Positions 58,072 through 64,000 of a stretch of 64,000 nt of DNA are shown here, one piece after another. The stretch lies in assembly GCA_031291955.1 (NCBI GenBank), contig JARLIA010000005.1:74034-138033 (forward strand). The letters run 5' to 3'. Numbering within the stretch: the stretch's first letter is position 1; each line of letters begins with the position of its first letter. This DNA is from Minisyncoccota bacterium (lineage in GTDB: Bacteria > Patescibacteriota > Minisyncoccia > Moranbacterales > UBA2206). The position numbers were made by a program, and so were the translations under genes. A model generated the notes under the pieces. The model ran no database searches, had not been told where the DNA came from, and saw nothing but the letters and a program-made list of their open reading frames with translations.

Positions 58072-58111
58072 AGACACCTATAAAAATAAATAATTATTAA
58101 AAAACAAACCT

Positions 58112-58474
58112 ATGCTTGATATGATCTTTGGACGATCGAGAAAGCAGACGGTCGATCTCAAGCCGATGAGAGCCAAAACAAAACCGGTGGTCAAAAGAAC
58201 CGCCGCCAAGGCGCCGACGCGTATTTTCATGGAAGCGACGGATGACATGTGCTTCTGGGTGAATAACGGTCCGGTGCTGAAGAATCTTCATGATCTGGCG
58301 AACGCGCTCGAAACCATGAGCGATGAGCAGTATGATTATCATACGCTCCGCGATGGCAACGATTTTGCCCGTTGGACAGAAGGCGTTTTGGGTGACAAGG
58401 ATTTGGCCAAAAAGATCGCTCGTGCCAAGAACTGTTCGGCGGCCGCGGCTGTGCTTCAAAAATATCTGGCCTAA
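58112..58474 (+). CDS. Hypothetical protein (120 aa) embedded in the glucan locus
   Basis: ORF only. Confidence 0.4.
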   Translation: MLDMIFGRSRKQTVDLKPMRAKTKPVVKRTAAKAPTRIFMEATDDMCFWVNNGPVLKNLHDLANALETMSDEQYDYHTLRDGNDFARWTEGVLGDKDLAKKIARAKNCSAAAAVLQKYLA

Positions 58475-58548
58475 AACATTCATTTAATCAAAACACGTCC
58501 AGTTCTCTGATATTGGGAAATGGAAATGTTTTGGTGTAACTGAAAACA

Positions 58549-60234
58549 TTGGTTAATAACATGCTTGGCAGTAAAAAAAAATATAATGGCCGGCAATGGT
58601 GGAAAGAAGCCGTGTTCTATCAGGTATATCCGCGCAGTTTTCGCGATACCAACGGCGACGGCAACGGAGATTTGGCGGGGATAATTGAAAAATTGGATTA
58701 CCTTCATGATTTGGGTGTGGATGCCATATGGCTGACGCCGATTTACGCTTCTCCTATGGCGGATAACGGTTATGATGTTTCTGATTACTATGCTGTCAAT
58801 CCGATGTTTGGCGCCATGGCTGATTTCGAGAAATTGCTCGAAGGTCTTCATTTCCGCGGGATGAAACTGATGATGGATCTGGTAATTAATCACACCTCCG
58901 TTTTTCATCCTTGGTTTTTAGAGTCGCGATCGAGCCTGGATAATCCGAAGCGTGATTGGTATATTTGGAGATATGGCCGCGATGGACACGAGCCGAACAA
59001 TTGGGCAAGTCACTTTATGACCTCAGCTTGGGAATTTGACGAAAAAACAAATCAATACTATTTACATATGTTTTCCAAAGAGCAAGCAGATTTGAATTGG
59101 AGAAATGCGGAAGTGAAGGAAGAAATTTTCCAGATGGTCAGATTTTGGCTGGGAAAAGGAGTGGATGCATTTCGCATGGATATGGCGAACTATCTCATGA
59201 AATCGGAAAGTCTGCCGGACGCTCCGCGGCGTGAGGGAGACACGCGTCCCTATGTCCATGGCGAAGGCTTGTATGCCAATCAGCCTGGGATGCGCGAGCT
59301 CCTGACTGAGCTTCGCTCTGAAGTTTTGGACAAATACGGCGCTGTCATTTTCGGCGAGATGTATTTTTTGACGCCGGAAACCGCCTTGGAATATGCGGCT
59401 TATGATCAGCGGAGGATGGACATGCTTTATCAATATGAAATCGTGGGCGCGAGAGGTGACTGGGAAAAAGTCAAAAAATCCGTCCGTGTTTGGTATGAGG
59501 CTTTTAAAGGGAAAGCGTGGAGCTCAATCACGTTTTCCAATCATGATTCGCCGCGGCCGGTTTCGATTTTTGGTGATGACAAAAACGCGCGCGCGGAGTC
59601 GGCCAAGTGCTTGGCAACTTTTCTTCTGACCGCTCCGGGGACGCCGTTTTTTCTGGAAGGGGAAGAGCTTGGCATGACCAATGTGACCTATCCTGATTTG
59701 GCCAGCTATTCTGATATCGAAATGAAAACCAAGTATGCGGAGCGGGTTTCCCGCGGTGAGGATCCGGGTTCTATTTTAATAGATCTTGCGCGTTGGAGCC
59801 GGGATAACGCCCGGACGCCGATGCAATGGAATGCTGAAACCGAGGCGGGCTTCACGACCGGACGGCCGTGGCTTCCCGTTAACCCGAATTATCCCGAAGT
59901 AAATGTTGATTTCGAACAGGAGGATACGGATTCAGTCTTGAATTTTTATAAAAAGCTCATCGCCCTCCGCCGCAAACACCGGGCGCTTATTTACGGCGAA
60001 TATGTTCCGCTCACGCCTGATGATTGGGAAACTTACGCTTATAAGCGCGTCTTGGGGGCGGACGTTTATATTATTATTCTCAACACTTCTCCCCGGGAAT
60101 GGCATATGAAGATACCGGACGAACTGAAAAACCACCGTCACAAGCTTCTGCTTTCTAGTCTCGCGCCAAACAGCGACATGGAAGAAGAATTTCTGCTCAA
60201 GCCGTGGGAAACAAGGATCTACAAGTCATCTTGA
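58549..60234 (+). CDS. GH13 alpha-glucosidase (oligo-1,6-glucosidase / trehalose-6-P hydrolase subfamily)
   Basis: Motifs present: WWKEAVFYQVYPRSFRDTNGDGNGDLAGI, DAIWLTPIY, GVDAFRMD, and the EE/HD catalytic regions. Confidence 0.9.
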   Translation: MVNNMLGSKKKYNGRQWWKEAVFYQVYPRSFRDTNGDGNGDLAGIIEKLDYLHDLGVDAIWLTPIYASPMADNGYDVSDYYAVNPMFGAMADFEKLLEGLHFRGMKLMMDLVINHTSVFHPWFLESRSSLDNPKRDWYIWRYGRDGHEPNNWASHFMTSAWEFDEKTNQYYLHMFSKEQADLNWRNAEVKEEIFQMVRFWLGKGVDAFRMDMANYLMKSESLPDAPRREGDTRPYVHGEGLYANQPGMRELLTELRSEVLDKYGAVIFGEMYFLTPETALEYAAYDQRRMDMLYQYEIVGARGDWEKVKKSVRVWYEAFKGKAWSSITFSNHDSPRPVSIFGDDKNARAESAKCLATFLLTAPGTPFFLEGEELGMTNVTYPDLASYSDIEMKTKYAERVSRGEDPGSILIDLARWSRDNARTPMQWNAETEAGFTTGRPWLPVNPNYPEVNVDFEQEDTDSVLNFYKKLIALRRKHRALIYGEYVPLTPDDWETYAYKRVLGADVYIIILNTSPREWHMKIPDELKNHRHKLLLSSLAPNSDMEEEFLLKPWETRIYKSS

Positions 60235-60304
60235 ATTGTGTCGAATTTGAGTTGAAAGATAATTCAAGCTTGTTAATTTTTCATATTCTTCCTACAATAT
60301 ATTC

Positions 60305-60922
60305 ATGCTTGAACTCGGACAAGACATTTTTCAGTTTCTTCATCAATACGGCTATTTCGTCATGCTACCGCTTATGGTGATTGAGGGGCCGGTAGTGACG
60401 ATCATTGCCGCCATGTTGGCCTCGCTCGGCGCGTTCAATGTTTTCGCGGTTTTCGGTTTTTCCGTTTTGGGAGATCTTATTGGTGACGTAATTTTCTATT
60501 CTTTAGGCTGGAAATTCGGGATGGAGTTTGTGCGCGGATTCGGAAAATATTTGGGAATTACCGAAAGTCTAGTGCTCAAAATGGAAAAATATTTTGCCCG
60601 GCATGGCGGAAAAACCATCTTCGCCGTCAAATCTACGACCGGTCTTTGCTGGGCCACTTTCACGGCGGCGGGCATCGTGAAGATGGATTTCAAAAAATTC
60701 CTGAAATATTCTTTTTACGGCGGCTTGGTCTGGAGCGCTCTTTTGGTGGCTCTGGGGTATTTCTACGGCTATCTCTGGCGGGAAATTAAAACGTACATTG
60801 AATGGATCGGGTATGTGATTTTCTTTGCCGGCATCGCCACTATCGTGATTGTCAATATTTGGAAAGGCCGGGAGGCCAAACGGATTTTGGCGGAAAAAAA
60901 TAACGCCGAAGAAAATGAATAA
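60305..60922 (+). CDS. DedA-family (VTT/SNARE-associated) membrane protein
   Basis: GYFVMLPLMVIEGPVVTIIAAMLASLG is present and the topology is polytopic. Confidence 0.8.
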   Translation: MLELGQDIFQFLHQYGYFVMLPLMVIEGPVVTIIAAMLASLGAFNVFAVFGFSVLGDLIGDVIFYSLGWKFGMEFVRGFGKYLGITESLVLKMEKYFARHGGKTIFAVKSTTGLCWATFTAAGIVKMDFKKFLKYSFYGGLVWSALLVALGYFYGYLWREIKTYIEWIGYVIFFAGIATIVIVNIWKGREAKRILAEKNNAEENE

Positions 60923-62057
60923 TCTTCAAAAAATCCGGGGCATTATTCTTTCGGATTTCAGGGCTTGCTATCGTCCGCAAGGCATTTTGGCTTCCAATCT
61001 TAACTTCAGCGATTTCTGGGCCCGGGACAGTTTTTGGGCATCGCTTGGAATGCTTCATGCCGGCGTCGACGTGGAAAAAGTGCGGGACTCGCTAGAACTT
61101 TTTTTGAAATATCAAAGAGAGGACGGCAAGATTCCGCGGAAAATCGTTCTGGACTACAATGGCCTGAAATACCTCGGCGCGAGAATCAAGCGGCGCGTGC
61201 CGCGCCCGATTTATTCCTCTTCGCTCAAATGGAATTTTTCGGTCGATGATAACCTGCTTTTCGCCATCGCTTTTTGCCGCTGGGTCGAAAAAACAGGGGA
61301 CACGGCTTTTGCCGAAAAATATTTTTCCCATGTGGCGCGTGCTTTGGAATTTTACGCGAAAAAGAATCTGCTCCGGGAGGATCTGATCTTTGAGACCGGT
61401 TTTGCCAATTGGGAGGATACGATTTATAAAAAGGGTTTCGTTTTATATTCCAACTGTCTTTGGTACGAAGCGGTGCGGAGTTTTGAAAAATTATGTGATA
61501 GATTAGAAAAAAATCACGAAAGCAAGATTCCGAATTCAGCTATGATTGTTTTTCAGATCCGAGACAAATTCTGGTTGGACGACAAAAATTATTTTGCTGA
61601 CAGTACCGTTGAAAATAAACCGGAGAAATATTTCGATCTGGCCGGAAATGCATTGGCAATCATTTTTGATATCGCCCATCCAGAGCAGGCGGAAAAAATA
61701 TTGCAGAATATAAATAATGAAAATGTTCTGCATCCCATAAATTATCCGCACTATCCATGGCATAAAATCAGCCCAGTGCTGTTTCTTTTCGGCATCCAAG
61801 ATTATCAGAACGGCATCTCTTGGTCCTGGATTGAAGCGCTTCTTATTCTCGCTCAACTCAAAGTGGGCAAAACGGAAGAAGCGAAAAAAACTTTTGAAAA
61901 CTTCGCGGAAATAATTTCCAAAAATAATCACATCCACGAAACTTACTTTCTCGACGGCCGACCGTTCGATCACTTGTTTTGGAAATCAGCCGTTCCCTTC
62001 GCCTGGGGCGCCGGGCTTCTACTTTGGACAATCTCCGAGTTGGAAAAAATCGCTTAA
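60915..62057 (+). CDS. (alpha/alpha)6-barrel glycoside hydrolase (GH15/GH63/glycogen-debranching-like)
   Basis: FSDFWARDSFWASLGM and multiple W/F-rich hairpin repeats are present. The start overlaps the dedA stop (ATGAATAATC). Confidence 0.6.
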   Translation: MNNLQKIRGIILSDFRACYRPQGILASNLNFSDFWARDSFWASLGMLHAGVDVEKVRDSLELFLKYQREDGKIPRKIVLDYNGLKYLGARIKRRVPRPIYSSSLKWNFSVDDNLLFAIAFCRWVEKTGDTAFAEKYFSHVARALEFYAKKNLLREDLIFETGFANWEDTIYKKGFVLYSNCLWYEAVRSFEKLCDRLEKNHESKIPNSAMIVFQIRDKFWLDDKNYFADSTVENKPEKYFDLAGNALAIIFDIAHPEQAEKILQNINNENVLHPINYPHYPWHKISPVLFLFGIQDYQNGISWSWIEALLILAQLKVGKTEEAKKTFENFAEIISKNNHIHETYFLDGRPFDHLFWKSAVPFAWGAGLLLWTISELEKIA

Positions 62058-62143
62058 GAATTTCCGCCGCCGGAATATTTCGGGAAATGGTTCTTCTTTT
62101 GGGCGGCGGCCATCGCGCATTATCTGGATGGCTGACTGCAGCT

Positions 62144-62189
62144 AAGTCCGGGCGAGGAATTTCCTCTGCCCGGACTTGTTTTATTTTTT
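62144..62189 (+). terminator. Rho-independent terminator
   Basis: AAGTCCGGGC-gaggaatttcctc-GCCCGGACTT followed by GTTTTATTTTTT. Confidence 0.55.
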
Positions 62190-62266
62190 GGATATAGTAG
62201 GCTTTAAAAAGCCTATCAAACCCTAGCCCGGTTGCTTAAACCGCGCTTTGGGGTAGAATATAAAGT

Positions 62267-63088
62267 ATGGTCGAACGATTATTTAAGAAAGTCAAAAGCG
62301 TGCTCCTGGCGGACCCGGAGCTTTTATATAAGGAAGAGCGTAAATTGGCCAATCAGCCTTTTTATTTTCCCGGTGAAAACGGCCAGGCGGTCCTGTTGAT
62401 TCATGGCTGGACATCGGTGCCGTATGAAGTGCGGCGACTGGGGATATATCTCAATGAAAACGGCTACACCGTTTCCGGCCCGATGCTTCGCGGTCACGGG
62501 ACTGTGCCTAAAGACTTGGAGCGCGTCAAATGGACGGAATGGCTCCACGACGTGACGGCCGCTTACGACGAGCTCAAAAAAAACCATGAGAAAGTTTACG
62601 TGATCGGGACTTCCATCGGCGCTAGCCTTGCTGTCATCCTGGCTAAGAACCGTCAAGATGTCGCCGGAATGGTTCTTTTGGCCATGCCATACAAGATCCG
62701 GTTGGAGCGGACGGCTATTCTCCTCGCGAAACTTTCAAGTCTTTTTAGGAAGTACAACAAAAAATATTACCCGCCCACTTTCGGCGTCTCCACTACCATC
62801 ACCCGCGTCATTTCCTATCAGACCTACCCTATAAAATCCGCTTTGGAAGTTTTCGAACTGATAAAAATCTCGAGAAAAGAATTGCCCAAAGTCAAACAGC
62901 CATGTCTTCTTATGGAGTCGACCAGCGACCATATCACCGCCCGGAAAAATCTTGATATAATCCATAAAAAGATCGGTTCTAAAGTGAAAGAGAAAAAATA
63001 CATTCCGCGGGCGTACCACACTTTCATTTCGGACATTAAGAATGAAGGAGTGTTTGAAGATATATTGAATTTTATTGAAGAGAATTAA
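62267..63088 (+). CDS. Alpha/beta-hydrolase (carboxylesterase / lysophospholipase type)
   Basis: The nucleophile elbow GTSIGAS (GxSxG), the HGWTS oxyanion region, and a C-terminal His are present. Confidence 0.8.
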   Translation: MVERLFKKVKSVLLADPELLYKEERKLANQPFYFPGENGQAVLLIHGWTSVPYEVRRLGIYLNENGYTVSGPMLRGHGTVPKDLERVKWTEWLHDVTAAYDELKKNHEKVYVIGTSIGASLAVILAKNRQDVAGMVLLAMPYKIRLERTAILLAKLSSLFRKYNKKYYPPTFGVSTTITRVISYQTYPIKSALEVFELIKISRKELPKVKQPCLLMESTSDHITARKNLDIIHKKIGSKVKEKKYIPRAYHTFISDIKNEGVFEDILNFIEEN

Positions 63089-64000
63089 TGAATATTGCCA
63101 TCTTCACCAACAACTATCTTCCCAATCCCTATGGCGTAACTGGATCGGTTGAATCTTTTAGGAAAGAATTTGAAAAACGGGGGCACGCCGTTTTTATTTT
63201 CGCGCCGCGTTTTCCGGAATATGTTGATCGGAATCCGAATGTTTTCCGCTATCCGGCCATCGAAACCAATTTTAAATTCCGCTTTCCGTTGGCCATTCCG
63301 TATTCGTTCAGGATTCATAAAATTCTCAAAGATCTTGAAATCGACATTATCCATGCCCAGCATCCCAATCTTTTGGGCTCGGCGGCGGCGCGTTGGGCGA
63401 GAAAATTTACCCGCCGGCGAGGCGGGAAGAAAGTCCCACTGGTTTTTACCTGGCACACGCTCTACGACCACTACGCCCATTTTGCCAAATTCGTGCCGAA
63501 AAAATTGGCAGCCGGCTACATGATTAAAAAAGCCGCCCGTTATGCCAACCAGGCCGACGCGGTGGTGGTGCCAACTGATTCGATCATACCCATCCTGCGG
63601 AAATGGGGCGTAACGAATAAAAATATAATCCCGGTCGCGACGGGTGTGATTGAGGAAGAATTTGAAAATCCCGACCGCGAAGTTATCCGGAAAAAATATA
63701 ATATATCCAATGAAAATATTGTTTTGATTTTGATCACCCGGCTGACCGCCGAAAAAAATATCGAGTTTTTGTTTAGGGCAGTGAAAGATATTCTCAAGAA
63801 AAATAAAAATATTAAATTCATTCTGGGCGGCGGCGGGTATCTCCTGCCGGAAATAGAAAAACTGGCGCGGGAGGAAAATATTTCCGCGCAAGTGATTTTG
63901 CCAGGCGTGATTGCGCGAAACGAACTGAAAAACTATTTCGCGGCCGGCGATATTCTGGTGGACGCGTCACTTTCGGAAACGCAAGGGATGCATCTTTCTG
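63088..64000 (+). CDS. GT4 (group 1) glycosyltransferase, N-terminal part; the gene runs off the window
   Basis: I translated from the ATG at 63088. It reads MNIAIFTNNYLPNPYGVTGSV...IDIIHAQHP...ILITRLTAEKNIEFLF...GGGGYL... with no stop before position 64000. The listed antisense ORF 63085-63891 is therefore spurious. Confidence 0.8.
   Translation, partial: MNIAIFTNNYLPNPYGVTGSVESFRKEFEKRGHAVFIFAPRFPEYVDRNPNVFRYPAIETNFKFRFPLAIPYSFRIHKILKDLEIDIIHAQHPNLLGSAAARWARKFTRRRGGKKVPLVFTWHTLYDHYAHFAKFVPKKLAAGYMIKKAARYANQADAVVVPTDSIIPILRKWGVTNKNIIPVATGVIEEEFENPDREVIRKKYNISNENIVLILITRLTAEKNIEFLFRAVKDILKKNKNIKFILGGGGYLLPEIEKLAREENISAQVILPGVIARNELKNYFAAGDILVDASLSETQGMHLS

Noticed and set aside
63085-63891. 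A 268-aa minus-strand ORF listed at the right edge
   Set aside because: The plus strand here encodes a clear GT4 glycosyltransferase N-terminus starting at ATG 63088. It is absent from the ORF track only because it runs off the window.

Overview
The window reads as a gene-dense, AT-rich bacterial chromosome segment. It has small proteins, a type IV pilus locus with no secretin gene, and archaeal-type sugar enzymes. I could not run tools, so the suggestion that this looks like a CPR/Patescibacteria genome is inference only.

Gene content in order:
- The C-terminal end of a phosphomannomutase, then trpS and a pilin gene.
- Two tandem RNase J paralogs.
- manC, a guaB/guaA pair transcribed divergently, an amidohydrolase, and a candidate cupin-type PGI.
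- A family-5 solute-binding protein gene, secG, and a holin-like gene.
- A long nucleotide-excision-repair/SOS cluster: uvrB, a candidate small RNA, a Zn-ribbon gene, a dsbA-like gene, lexA, uvrA, a short uvrC and a second uvrA.
- groEL, preceded by a CIRCE operator.
- A 913-aa surface protein.
- A histidine kinase and a single-domain response regulator directly upstream of a type IV pilus locus (pilB, pilC, three pilin-like genes, pilM, pilN, pilO).
- A cluster of tRNA genes.
- vanW, an hsp20, a PrsW/CPBP-like protease and tsaD.
- An ECF sigma factor with a putative anti-sigma partner, and tRNA-Glu.
- An alpha-glucan (glycogen) locus: GT35 phosphorylase, GT4 synthase, GH57, GH13, a six-hairpin glycoside hydrolase, an esterase and a second GT4.

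The most unusual observations:
1. GC-rich perfect hairpin-forming palindromes sit in frame inside uvrB (two sites), uvrA (two sites) and uvrC (one site). They resemble the in-frame palindromic elements known from Rickettsia.
2. One section of the tRNA cluster has a Matryoshka-like arrangement. A complete tRNA-Arg(TCG) is flanked by GC-rich inverted repeats. That unit is in turn flanked by matching 5' and 3' halves of two further tRNA-like molecules.
3. A second family of short repeats (ACGTGGAACG, GCGTTTTGCG, CCACGCT) appears as in-frame insertions in tsaD and at the 5' ends of two pilin-like genes.
4. Several short intergenic motifs recur: a perfect DnaA-box-containing 12-mer (three copies), (TTTTCAATT)n arrays (two copies), and a ~25-nt TTAACAT-rich element upstream of groEL and pilM.

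All calls come from reading the sequence and the supplied ORF translations. No database search was possible.
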